Positions 51,300 to 63,560 of a stretch of DNA of 64,000 bases are shown here, piece after piece (the stretch's first letter is position 1; every line of letters begins with the position of its first letter). The DNA lies in assembly GCF_006345805.1 (NCBI RefSeq), contig NC_043014.1, forward strand, positions 38,812,001-38,876,000, given 5' to 3'. A program made the position numbers and the translations under genes. Under the pieces are notes generated by a model, which saw nothing but the letters and a program-made list of their open reading frames with translations, was not told the origin of the DNA and did not search any database. The DNA is from Octopus sinensis. Its lineage: Eukaryota.

Positions 51300-51921
51300 C
51301 TATGAAAAAAAATGTAGAAAGAGAAAATATCTTCGCTTTATCAGGTAGTGATTAACAGGTTTATCTCTTTATTTTATTTTCATTTATTTTTTTTCTTTTG
51401 CAGTGGAGGGGGTTGTGAATAAAGTGCCGTGAGTACTATAGAATGAAGAGGTAAGCTTACTGTATTTAATGGTATAAAAGCTGTGCTGTTTTCCAAAAAA
51501 TGTCACAAAAATAAAAATCACTCTGGGTCCTATATGCAAAGTCACTTTAAATATTGATTTCAAATTTTGACACAAGGCCTGCAATTTCGTTGCTCAACTG
51601 GTTATTTTATCGACCTTGAAAGGATGAAAGGCAAAGTCAACTCCGAGCGCCATAAACCATTTACTATTTTTGTGATCCCCCCCCACTGTCACTTGATGCC
51701 CCAAGCATGTGCTTACTTTGCTTAATGGCTAATCCAGTACTGACCTTGGAGGGGAACTTTCTAGGTGCATACCATGGTCATTCATGAAGAGGGTCTTTAC
51801 CCTTTTTTTTTCTTTTACCTGGTTAGGACTCTTTCATTAATACAATTCTACATTTAAGAGATGAGGAATTATGTACATCATTTATATTTGACGAATATTT
51901 GTCCTCATCTTGTTTGTTGTT

Positions 51922-51963
51922 AACAACATTTCGGCTGATATAACTTCCAGCCTTCATCAGGTT
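51922..51963 (-). ncRNA. Hammerhead motif with canonical core, family HH3 (Penelope-like repeat ~51840-52100)
   Basis: AAC-CUGAUGA-A-GGCUG(GAAGUUAUAU)CAGCC-GAAAU-GU-U-GUU. Confidence 0.7.
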
Positions 51964-52022
51964 TCTTGGGGAAATTTCGAACCTGGGTTCTCATTCCTAA
52001 AGTATTTTCGATATTATTATTA

Positions 52023-52061
<39 letters not shown>

Positions 52062-52879
52062 TCACTGTCTGGAATTGAACTCAGAATCTTGGGGTTAGTA
52101 AATAATGTGCTCTTTCATTAAGTCTCTCTCTTTAAATTTAACTACTATATAAAAGTTAATTTAAAGCTTTTTCATGAAATTTGCAGTAAGACATTAAAAA
52201 GTCTGATAGGATATGTACCAAACTTAGAAAGAAACTAAAGAGGTTGATTTATGTCACTAAAATTTCTCAAGGTGGTGCCCCAGCATGGCCACAGTCTTAA
52301 TGACTAAAACAGGTAACAGAAAAAATATGTGATTTCAAAAACATAGAGGAGACTGCATGTTTTTGTGTGTACTGTTAATTATGCACCTTGCATATGTACA
52401 TGAAACTGTATGTGTTAATGAGGAGGTGTGTGTATATGCGTGCATTGCTGTGTGTGCATGTGAATATGAGACCACTTATGTGTGTATGCGTGCGACCATA
52501 TATGTATATGTTTGTGTATGAGTGTAAGAATAATTGTACGTATACTTGTTGGTTGTCTAAGAGTGTGTGTGTGTATAGATAGATGTAGGTGTGTGAAGGT
52601 ATGTATGCAGGTCTTCAACACCATATCGACAGTTGTAACATGGTTGTGGGATTCAGTATTCATGTCTCTTAAATAGAAAAACAGTGCACAGACATATATA
52701 TCACGAGCGGACAGAGGGGAGGGGAGCCTGAGGGGGCACGTATCCCAGTCAAGAATGAAAGTGCACCCTCCTAAATAATGTTATTACACGTTTTTCTCCT
52801 AGAACCGTATTCCCCCTCTTAACTTATGCCTGCCCTTCAAAAAAATTTCTGAGACCGGCTCTCTGTGTGTGTGTATGTA

Positions 52880-53155
52880 CTTTATCTAAAAGCAGCAGAA
52901 AAATAACAAAAGGCGTTACTCAGAGTTTCACGTTCCCGTTCATCGGACAGTTTTGTTAAAATAGAACAGAAATAATGATATTATCAATCGTTATTTCTGC
53001 TCTATTTTAACAAAACTGTCCAACGAACGGGAACATGAAACTCTGAGTAACAGCTTCTGTTATATTTCTACTGCTTTTAAATAAAGCATATTACTCTACC
53101 TCTGGTATTTGAGTACTCTTTTTTCCACCTTGTTTCACATTTATGTGCTTACTCC

Positions 53156-53160
<5 letters not shown>
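52880..53160. mobile_element. Penelope-like inverted terminal-repeat hairpin, family HH4
   Basis: Arms 52880-52979 and 52987-53086, each carrying a hammerhead motif. An unpaired AATAAA-bearing tail runs to (TA)n at ~53160. Confidence 0.75.
52913..52950 (-). ncRNA. Hammerhead motif, HH4 (intact core)
   Basis: CUGU-CCGAUGA-ACG(GGAA)CGU-GAAACUC(U)GAGU-A-ACG. The + strand mirror copy (53016-53053) has CCAACGA and ACG/CAU, consistent with CpG decay. Confidence 0.65.
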
Positions 53161-53205
<45 letters not shown>

Positions 53206-53472
53206 TACACACATTCATACACACATACACACATTTTTAAACATGATTGGTCAAAAGTCACCAGACAGTAAATCAAAATTCCTAAAATACTATCTGTAAT
53301 TCTGTACTGACTCGAATGGAAAAACGTGTCGCTAAAGAAGGACTTCAGTTTGAACAATTTTCATGATGTTTCATATTTAGATGTTTTTATTAAATTCATT
53401 CAGTTGTTAAACATAAATAAATCTTGGAATTAAATGGTCTTGATTTACTGTCAGGTAACTTTTGGCTGACCC

Positions 53473-53518
<46 letters not shown>

Positions 53519-54074
53519 GACAATTTAATAAATAAAACATATGCCTACATACATATATGTTCATACCTACATCTATATGTATATATACATGCATATATGA
53601 GTACAGGACACCACAAATAAATGTAGAACACAACGAGAAACGAAAACATAGAAACGAAACAAGGAAACGGACTTTTTTTAACAACGAAAAAACAGAGTAC
53701 AAGACAAACAACAGAGGGAACATTCCCCTTCTTCAGCTGCCCCTATTTCGACTCATTGTTGTTTCGAAGGTATATATATATATACGTATGTATGAAGTTA
53801 GACAACCATCTAAGGGATAATAAATGTCCAATATACTACTGGATGTATACCTATATAATATCCAAATGCTTATTGTTATAAGGCAATAGTGCAATTGAAT
53901 AATAGGTATGTGTGGAGGTTAACAAACGTTTAACCGGAATTTATAAGGCAAGGAAGAAAATGGAGAAGATAATTAATTGACAAACATCAGCTTACAAAGC
54001 TCAGCTAGATCTATTTATTGATTACAATCATAACGATTAAATAAATAGGAATAAATTAGTGAATTTAACTCTAT

Positions 54075-54171
54075 TCTTACAGCTGTTTCAACTTTGGGGT
54101 GTCCAGTATGCCAAAGTTGACAGAACATACTAAGATTGTACAAAACTTGAACCCCAAAGCTTCATCAGAGA
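54075..54171 (-). ncRNA. Hammerhead motif with canonical core and long stem/loop II, family HH5
   Basis: UCU-CUGAUGA-AGCUUUGGGGU(50 nt)ACCCCAAAGUU-GAA-ACAGCUGU-A-AGA. Stem III is a perfect 8-nt palindrome. Confidence 0.72.
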
Positions 54172-54516
54172 GTCCATAATGGTAAGAATTAACCCTTTAG
54201 TGTTCAGATTAATCTGTTAAATGCAATGCTTTTTTCACTCAAATTGTTTTGAATTAATCATGCATTATCTTACAGCTTTGAAGTTTCAATAGTGTGATAG
54301 TTTATTTTTAGAATATCAATGTAGGTTAGGTGTGAGGGGCTAGATATGGCCAGTTTGAATGTAAAGCATGTAGGATATTTGGGCCGGATATGGCCAGTTT
54401 AAACATCAATGGATTAAACAAGTACAAAAGTAAAATAAAATAATAAAAAATAGTAAAAAAATAAATTCCAAGATAATATCCAGAGGTTGTGAGATCACAT
54501 CTTATTTCAATCTAAT

Positions 54517-54547
<31 letters not shown>

Positions 54548-55551
54548 CATCATCATTTAGCGTCCGTTTTCCATGCTAGCATGGGTTGGACGGTTTATTT
54601 ATATATATATTCTACTTGTTTTGGTTATTTGACTACAGACATATGGAGACAGACAGAGATATACTTGACTGTGTGGTTAAGAAGCTTGTTTTCCAACCAC
54701 GTGGTTTTGAGTTCAGTCCTACTGCACAACACCTTGGGATAGTGTCTTCAACTCTAGTCCCAGCCTGACAGAAGTCATGAGAATGGACTTGTTAGTTGGA
54801 AACTGTAAGAAGCACATCGTTTGTGCACACGCACATGTGTGTGTCAGTGACAGCTCATAGATAAAATTAGTGAGGTGCTGCTTCAGAAAATGTTTAGCCG
54901 TTGTTTTAATATTGTGTAAAAGGAAACAAACATATAAAAAAAAATATTTATACATAAACTTGATTGGTTCACGTTTTAGCCACTGCCAGCTAGTGTGTTT
55001 AATTTGTTCACTGAACACCACTGCAAGTTCCCCCTTGTTTTTCAAAAATCCCCCCTAATTCATATAAACACGTTTTTAAGCACAACACATGTGGAGTCAG
55101 AAAGGAACACTACTTTTCACCGGTACTGTGTGAATGACAGTGCTCTCTCTCTCCCTAGCGTGAAGCTTCCTATCTCAGACATGTGAGCATGCATACAACA
55201 GCCAAACACCGCATCGCTGGAACTGTGAAGCGCACAGTTCTATACAAGGATTTTTGTATTTTTATTCATAAGCTAGGAGATGGCTACTGACATTAAGATT
55301 AAGGATTATATAATGTACAAGTATAAGGAAAGAATTAACGAAAAAAGGACTCATTATATTGAATGCTATAGATAATATCGAGTGGATATAGGGAGTGCTG
55401 CAGTTCTGCAATGCCTATAGACGAGCCGCCACTGGTGTGTGTGGATATTTACATTCTCAGCTGAGGTAAGTTATGGGTGGTCATATCTGTTGACAACAAA
55501 TCATCCGATAGCTCTGTACTTTCAAAACGAGTTGCATGAAAACTTTCTTAC

Positions 55552-55595
55552 TTGAAAACAAATAGATAAGTGTTAGTGACAGGAAATGCGCCCGG
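55552..55595 (-). CDS. Candidate 44-nt exon (E3)
   Basis: cctattattttatag|...CAA|gtaaga. Reads xRAHFLSLTLIYLFS (phase 2 to 1). It could instead be the end of a first exon from the CpG-richer 55.6-56.2 kb region. Confidence 0.33.
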
Positions 55596-57331
55596 CTATA
55601 AAATAATAGGTATTCGTCTAGCCGAAAGGAAATGAAACGAACTAACGAATATTTAAGCACAACTAAACGAGAATAAGTGAAAACAGATCCTTTCACGAAA
55701 ATCGATCTCTTCACTTTACCTGTCTAATGTTAAATGATATGTGTGCGGAAGGAGGGGGAGGGCCTCTCTCTTCAAAAGTATTGCAGTCGCCTAAATAAAG
55801 AGAAACGGCTTTGACGACGAATCGAAACTGAATATACCGTTATTATGTTGTTATTTATTTCAATGTCATCCGCCAGATCGTGCAGGTCTATAATCAAAGA
55901 TGTTCAAGCCAAGACTATTCCGTGTTTTCCTATATCAGAAACTATATTATTTAATATCACAACCTTTCCATTTGTTTTCCTTTGAGAAAAATTTGGCTGT
56001 TGTTTCTAGTATACCGAGAGACCATCAATTACCTCGGCCTGATGTTTCTTTTACTTTTGTTTGTGTTGCCGGCAAGGTTTCCCCCCAGACCACGTTTCGA
56101 TTTCGCTTCCAGACCGAAACCAAAAGAAGTGACATGTCGACCAAACTTCTCTTGTATATGAATCTTATAAAAGTCAGAAATAAAAACGTGAATGGCTAAG
56201 AGAAAAGGTGTTTATATAACCAAGTGTGTAAACTGTGTTTGAAAGTTTGTTCTACACACATACAGATCGATATTTTTATTCAAATGAAAGGCAAGGCGTA
56301 ACGCTACACTTTTACCGAGGTGTTGTGTCGGTTTTACCTTCTGTCTTTCTTTCAGATGGCTTTATAACCACACCCCATGTAGATAAATATCTCTTCAGAA
56401 GGTTAATTATACGAAGTTCTATGAAGAAAACTTTAAGCTACGTTCAAGAAATACTGACATTTAAAAAGAAGAAAAAAAAACCATCAGCAAAGTCCCTGTT
56501 CCCTATTTTAAAAAAGTATTCCATGAATACTCCACAAGTAAAGGAAATATACGAGTTAAAAACTTCAGCAAACGAAATAGTTTTGACATTTCAAAATTAC
56601 TAAAAGTTATTTAGTTTTTTTTTTTGCTTTCAGAGTAGATATTTTACGTGTATGTGAATCAATTATTTCTATAATTGTCCTTTACAATTAAGTATGTCGT
56701 TTATTTTTATCAAATCATTGCTGTTTATATTTCGCCCTGGATCAACTCAGCTCCAAGCTATTCCAACCGTGACCATTCCATCTTTTAGGGAACATGTAAG
56801 AGTTCGTTATCTAATTTGTCTTTGTCCTATTTAAGACGGTAGGGTAGGATTCGGGGCGAGATTTGGCCATTACTTCTTCGAGCAGATCGAGAGAGACCGC
56901 GCAGAAGCTACCCCCAAATTACGATCTTAAGTAAATGCATGGTACTATATATTACATGTTATAAATATGGGTACATGCCTGGTTCCATGTAAAGGAGAAA
57001 ATATCAAGCACATGTTTGCAGTGCTACGCCGTTACGAACACAATCAGATGTAGTGTATGTACACAGACATAAAACTCGAATCGCTTTTTTTTTATCATAT
57101 ACATGTACTCAGAGCTATTATACGCAATGTGTGTGCGTGTGTGTGTGTGTCTATGGAGAGAGAGAATGAAAGAGAGAGGTTAGGTGAGCTTTATTACTGT
57201 GTCATTAATAAAGAAATATATAACTCTACTTCCTGAAATATTAAGTAATTTAGTATGTGGAATTCATTGTTTCTATCAACAAGCACACAATAGCGACACA
57301 CACGTGTGTGTGTGTGTGTATGTATATATAT

Positions 57332-57383
<52 letters not shown>

Positions 57384-57415
57384 CATATATATATGTGTGT
57401 GTGTTACACACTAAC

Positions 57416-57462
57416 CTCTTGTGAAAGCTACCACAATAAATGTTGTTGCAGGGGATATCATA
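57416..57462 (-). CDS. Candidate 47-nt exon (E2)
   Basis: ttattcatgttgttag|...GAG|gttagt. Reads YDIPCNNIYCGSFHK (phase 0 to 2). Confidence 0.35.
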
Positions 57463-57993
57463 CTAACAACATGAATAATAATAATAACAATAAATGTTAA
57501 TAGTTCTTAATTATTTTTCTAATCATATCCTTAAGGGAGCGAGAGAGAGAGAGAGAGTGTATGTGTGTGTGCGTGTATGTGTTGTGTGTGTGTGTGTGCA
57601 CGTTCATTTTATTGACGCCAGTACTTAATACTTAAATTATCGACCTCCACCCCCACATGTACCCAGGAAAAACAAAGCCAAAATCAACATCGCCTATTTA
57701 GTAATAATAATAATAATAATAATTATTATTATTATTATTATAATCATTATTATTATTTCTTTTATTGTCACAAGAGCAACGGGTAAGAGTACGTTACATA
57801 CAAAACTGTGGTGAGCTTATATATCGAGGAGAGAAAAGTGTCACTGAATAACATCAAAAAATAATGAAATGTAATATTTATAATGTAACTGGTCCTAATA
57901 AAAACAACAGCCACTCAGGGGTCAACAATCACAGCACCCCACATGATGATGATAACAATAATAACATAAATAATAATAATAATAATAACTTAC

Positions 57994-58026
57994 TTCCATA
58001 TCGGCTAGTCCTGCTATTTGATCCAT
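57994..58026 (-). CDS. Candidate first coding exon (E1)
   Basis: MDQIAGLADME followed by GAA|gtaagt; acceptor tattctag| two bases before the ATG. Confidence 0.35.
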
Positions 58027-58540
58027 AGCTAGAATATATTCAACAGTTTGACAGCATCCAGAAAGTTTAGTTTTTCCATTAATTTATTACATAGATGTAT
58101 AAAACGAAAAGTTTCTGATTCTCAAAAGTTAGAAGTTTTTTTACACCCCACTTGAAAACTGAAAATAACCTCGTTCGGTCAGGGTAAGTTTAATATCAGT
58201 CACTGGTTTTTGCCCAGAAAGTAAAGTAATTTTTTTCTTATGAAAATAAAAAGAGCTTTATAATAATGTATGTCATTTCGTTTAGTATGAGATAGCTTAA
58301 CTTTTAACTTTAGCTAAAGTAAAGCAAATTGGTCACTGGATTTCATATCAAGCAACAACTACCAGTTTGAACAGACACTCTCCACTGCTATATCATACAT
58401 ATTACAGTCTGTTTTTCCTAAGGAAAAGCCCCATAAGATAACAAGTTTAGTCGTTTCTCGGGTACTATTTTGTGGTTGTTAATTGTTTTTGTTAGTCTTC
58501 TTCTTTTTTACGCCGAGTTTTGTTTCTCCCATTTTTTTTT

Positions 58541-58740
58541 ACTAACTTTTTTTTCGGGGCGGTTACGAGAGACACACTACAAGTGCACGATTCTCTCTCT
58601 CTCCCCACCTAACTCGACTAACATATTTCTCTCTCTCTCTCTCTCTCTTCGCTGCTACTGCTGCTGCTGCTACCGTTGTCAACCGTGAACCAAGCCGCCA
58701 GCAGACTCGGCGTCAATCACATACTTCTTTATAAACAAAT
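58541..58740 (-). promoter_or_regulatory. Candidate minus-strand promoter and 5' UTR exon
   Basis: TATAAA on the minus strand at 58728-58733, a CpG-containing (CAG)n/(GA)n leader, and donor AAA|gttagt at 58541-58546. Confidence 0.3.
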
Positions 58741-59465
58741 ACACAGATATGAAGAGACAACAAATGGATATAGGCAGTCAGATAATGAGTTTTGTAGATA
58801 GATAGACGGCCAAGCAAGCAGTTGAAATAGTGAGACTGCTAAGACAGACAAAGTGCGGATAGAAATAGACAGTGAAATAAACAGACTGATAGATGTAGAC
58901 GAAGCATAAAGATAGACAGAACACCTTAACTACAAGTGAAAGTCGCTTATTGTGATCAATCTCTTACATAGCAATAACTGGCTGATTCTATTAAACAGTG
59001 AATATAGCTATATCGTGAGCGTATTCGGGATCCACTAATTTTGATATAGATAACCGTTTGATAACCTTATCTACGATCGTAATAAGCGGCTTCTATAATT
59101 TATTCCATCTCTCTATAGCACCAACGAAAAGAGATTTTAGTGCTTTTTAAATTAGCCTATTTTGTGTATTTGGGTAATGATTCCAAAGTTGACATCATTT
59201 TGGCCCATTCAGCTCTAATTAAAAAATGATTTTACTATTTTGATACAAAACTACCAATGCTAATGTTATTTGTGTTATACTATTAAAACAAGTCAGTGAC
59301 GTAGCGTGGTTTTTGGCCACCCCCACTTTCTTAAACATGACATACCTTCGACTACAGTAAACGCACGTATACAAAGTGGCCGTCCCATGCGTTTCACAGT
59401 AACCAGTTTGTCGTACACTGTACTAGAACTTATTGTGATTGGTACGCGAAAATAAACATCTGATA

Positions 59466-59817
59466 CAGCGCTGGATTAACCAACCATTAAGCAAAATAAG
59501 CACGTGCTTAGGGCATCAAGGGAAGGAAGGGACACCACAGAAATTGTAACTGGTTTACGGTACAAAAGAAATCTCTATTAAGTCTTTTACACTTTTACTT
59601 GTTTCAGTCATTTCACTGTAGCCATGCTGGAGCACCGCCTTTTAGTCGAGCAAATCGACCCCGGGACTTATTCTTTGTAGGCCTAGTACTTATTATATCG
59701 GTCTATTTTGCCGAACCGCTAAGTTACGGGGACGTAAACACACCACCATCGGTTGTCAAGCGATGTTGGGGGGGACAAACACAAACACATAAACATACAC
59801 GCACATACATACATACA

Positions 59818-59851
<34 letters not shown>

Positions 59852-60212
59852 CATGACGGGCTTCTTTCAGTTTCCGTCTACCAAATCCACTCTCAAGGCT
59901 TTGGTCGGCCCGAGGCTATAGTTGAAGACACTTGCCCAAAGTGCCATGCAGTGGAAATGAACCTGGAATCATGTGATTGGTAAGTAAGCTATTTACCACA
60001 CAGCCACTCCTGCGCCTAGTGCAGATGCAGATGTGTTACCTAAGATTGAAGATCTGAACATTATTTTCCTTCTTAATGGTTCGTTTCATTTTGAAAAATC
60101 AAAATTTATTTTCTGGTTTGTTATTGTTTATATTTTAAATTACATAATCATTTATGGGGGCACCAGAATTTTTTAAGTGTTTAGGGCCTCAATGGGTCTT
60201 AATCTGGGCCTG
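59466..60212. mobile_element. hAT-type MITE interrupted by a SINE A copy (~59590-60018, minus strand)
   Basis: TIRs CAGCGCTGGATTAA / TTAATCTGGGCCTG; internal sequence is the reverse complement of 27849-28273. TSD not convincing. Confidence 0.75.
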
Positions 60213-60504
60213 ATCAAATGATCAGTCATTCAACACGTAAAAAGCTTCTTTTATAGGACTTTCTAGAGTGAAATTTACCAAGACCGTCCTGTTGAAGTTT
60301 CCAGCAATAATCTACAACTATGTATGAATGTATCCCACTTTCCGGGGTATTACTCTTCCGTCGTTTTTATATATTCTGATGAAATCTTTCTCGTTGCTCT
60401 TCGCTTAAATCGGTGATTCCCAATCCTTTTATTTAAATGAACTTTCCCATGGACTCCTTTTAATATGCGTATCCTTATGTGTGTGTGTATATATATATAC
60501 ATAC

Positions 60505-60965
60505 ATATGTCAGGTCACTTTCGAGTGCTACTGGTAACATGTAACCCAGTACAACCTGTTGCATGGTCGGGTCGTCGGCGACTAAACCGGCAACCCCACC
60601 AAGCTTGCTTGGTGAGGAGGGGGTTTATTGGACAGCCTGCGGGATGAAAAACAAAACCCGTCAAAGGGCGGAGGAACTCTTGAGAGTCAACGGCCATCCA
60701 ATAAATGTCTTAAAGCTGTATCATGCGCAGGGACATAGAAATAATCGAACTGAATACTCGATCGCGCGGTTAAATCATTGGGAGTGAAGGACTCCTAGCC
60801 TTTGTTTGGGCATCCTTCTAGGAGAAGGTAACTCAGGTAACTGGGATAACTCCGAGATAAAACTTGCAGCTCAGTGGTTACCGATGATGTTGACTTGTTC
60901 TTCTTTTCGGATTATGGCTGCTGTTGCTTAGTGAGTGAGATTGACTCAGTGCACAGCCTTTCCTC
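60505..60965 (+). mobile_element. GC-richer structured repeat resembling an RTE-type 5' UTR
   Basis: Several hairpins (e.g. 60781-60795 and 60814-60828) and a CTAGGAGAAGGTAACTC motif recalled from RTE 5' regions; no ORF follows. Confidence 0.35.
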
Positions 60966-61554
60966 ACTTTAAAAAAAAATTTTGCACAGGCATTGCACGA
61001 TAACAACATTGATTAAGCTTCGCGCAATGGCCATACTCGATAACGAGTGGGCAGCCACCATATATATATATATATATATATGGTTCACGGACCCTCAGTA
61101 CTACCTTTGCGGACCCCAGGTTGGAAGCCACTGGCTTAAATCATCAAGCTTTAACGGAAAGCTATCAAAGAGATAACAGAAGTAATGGAACTTGATACTT
61201 ATGTTACACTCAGGTGTAATAAAATTGGAGAGCATGGCTTCTATGAATTCAAAGGAGGTGGGGGGGAAGAGCCGGTTCAAGGTACCGGCAACACGGGCAG
61301 TCTCCCGAAGTACCATGTGCTAACGGGCGCCAGGGAGAACGTGACAAAGACAAGAAAATTTCCACAATCGTCAGCTTGTACGCGCCGAAATTCAGCTTGC
61401 CCGGGACACCAGCAAACCTAGGGCCGGCCCTGGTGGTGGGAAAGGGTTAATTTTTGTTTACCTTTTATTTGTCTGTTTTTTGTTCTTGCCGTATGGTTGC
61501 CAAGACATTTTTTGACAACTACAAAAAACCGATGATTATGTACAAGACTCAGTG

Positions 61555-62050
61555 TTCTCTATTGAATCTATGAAATGAGGACCCTTTATAAGCTCTCATA
61601 TCTGAGACTAATAAAACCCTTACTGTAAATTTTTTTTCCATGCTTAACCCAGTGAATTTACTACAGAAGTAGCTAAAACAGACACCTTCTTGGTTCAAAT
61701 CTGTTGCAAATTTTTTCATTAGGCCAAGCTTGTTGTGCAATGATGATATGATTCTTTTTTCTCTTTCAACTAAGGATTCACCAATACCATTTGTTTCTCT
61801 AACCACCATATCTTATTTCAAACACCACTCGTCTGGTGTTCATTTTTGGTTCTGCTGACCTAAAGACATAATAAAGTGAAATACGTTTCGTGCAGCCATT
61901 TATCTGATCAAAGAGAAAGTTCACCATTTTCGTGATACATCACCGTCCCAAAAGGTTTTAATGTCTTGTACTGCTTTTTCAGACTGGAAGAATGACCAAC
62001 TAGAACTGAACCATATTTTCTGCAGTTGAGTAAAAGGACACATTTTAAAC
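61555..62050 (-). pseudogene. Decayed Chapaev3-like (Transib/RAG1-related) transposase fragment
   Basis: Minus strand, across frameshifts: SVLVGHS..LKKQY, D..KMVNFLFDQ..G.TK, ESLVEREK.IISSLHNKLGLMKKF..DL..EG.CF.Y. These match the recalled family pattern DLKMVNFLLGQQ.GYTK / PLHIKLGLMK.FVKAL. Family name assigned from memory. Confidence 0.6.
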
Positions 62051-62399
62051 TTCACTAGGAATTACCACCGAAAAGCGGTCATTTATTTGACATGTATTCA
62101 GATACACTCAGTTCCCTCAAAAAGCCTTTGATATCACTGCAAAGCACTAGGCTGTGAGTTTTTTTGTTTGTTTGTTTTTTTCCTTTAGCAATTAAGAGAA
62201 TAAAACGTAATCATGGTTCCAGAATGATGTGGATTAATTTTAATTCAACTTGAACGTCAGCAGTTTAGAAGAGGTTAATATCCCCGGTTAGATCTGTCGC
62301 GAACTCTAGTGAACTTCCTCTCTCTATTATACATACATACATTCGAACGTAGTAGATAACAGCTAACCTTCGGCCGCTGTTTAGACCGCGTTGTGTTCA

Positions 62400-62560
62400 C
62401 CACACTGATTGGTTGGTATTGGCGCAATTTGTCTCTTACTCTATCGAGCGCCAATATGCAACCTAACCAATTACAGCCTCCAAATAAATCACGTGAGATA
62501 GTCTGTTCTAAGTTACAATTCTGAGCCTATCGTTAGCTATAAAAACACAACTTTCTTGAG
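62400..62560 (+). promoter_or_regulatory. Candidate Pol II promoter
   Basis: Four CCAAT/ATTGG boxes (62408, 62418, 62451, 62467), E-box CACGTG (62490-62495) and TATAAAA (62538-62544) in CpG-richer unique sequence. Confidence 0.5.
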
Positions 62561-63560
62561 GTTTTGTTGGTTCTAGACCGTTTAATATCTGACCATTGAC
62601 CACACAACAGCCAGTTCCAGCGACGACGCCAGACAGCACCCGTCCAACAGCCTTACAGCGACCTCCATCCTTGTCGCCACCATTATGTCTCTCACCAACG
62701 TCGTCAACGGCATCTCTACACAGCACCAACAACATTGCACAGGTTCTAACATAATGCTGTTCGTGAGCTTTCTCACCATGGTTAACAGCAAACATACAAT
62801 CCACGCAGATGCATGTAGATATATGAATAAATATTCATCAACCATTTCCATTTATCATTCAGCTTGTATATATACGTGTGGCCGGCATTAAAGATATTTA
62901 AAGTTATCACCTTGTTCCATGTATTTCTTTATACCGTGTTCCTGTCAAATGATATTACAGCCTTCTGAGTAGAGTCACATTAGATGGCTCCACAAGCTAT
63001 CCTTCTATAGATCATTCAGTTCAAGTTAGGTTTCACATGCAGATTAATGTAAAAGAGTAGAACTAAGTGACTGAAATCCCATAAGTTCATAATATTTATG
63101 AAAACTAAGCAGGGAACGTACATCTAGCTTTTTTTACCGTTTCAATTTATTTAGTTACATGTACACGTACAGATAAGATGTGAATAGAGCATTACTCATT
63201 CCGCAGTGTCACCCGAATCTCTTCTCAGTGAACATCCACTTCCTTTCGGTAGTCTATCTCAGGAAGCTCTCGTCGTTGAATTAAAAAAAAATTTAAAGAA
63301 TAGTTCGCAACTATATACGTGGCCTAAACTAAAATAGGAAGTCTGCCTATCGGATATCAAGTGGACGTTAAACGATGACGATGATGATGATGATGAGATA
63401 TATATATATATATATGTATGTATGTATGTATATATGTATATATAGGTGCTGGAGTGGCTGTGTGGTAAGAAGCTTGCTTCCCAACCACATAGTTCTGGGT
63501 TCAGTCCCACTGCATGACACCTTGGGCAAGTGTCTTCTGCTACATGCTGCGGCACGGAAT

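Noticed and set aside
53714-53740. Hammerhead CUGAAGA-A-GGG(GAAUGUU)CCC on the minus strand
   Set aside because: The GAAA strand and stem III are missing; at most a dead relic.
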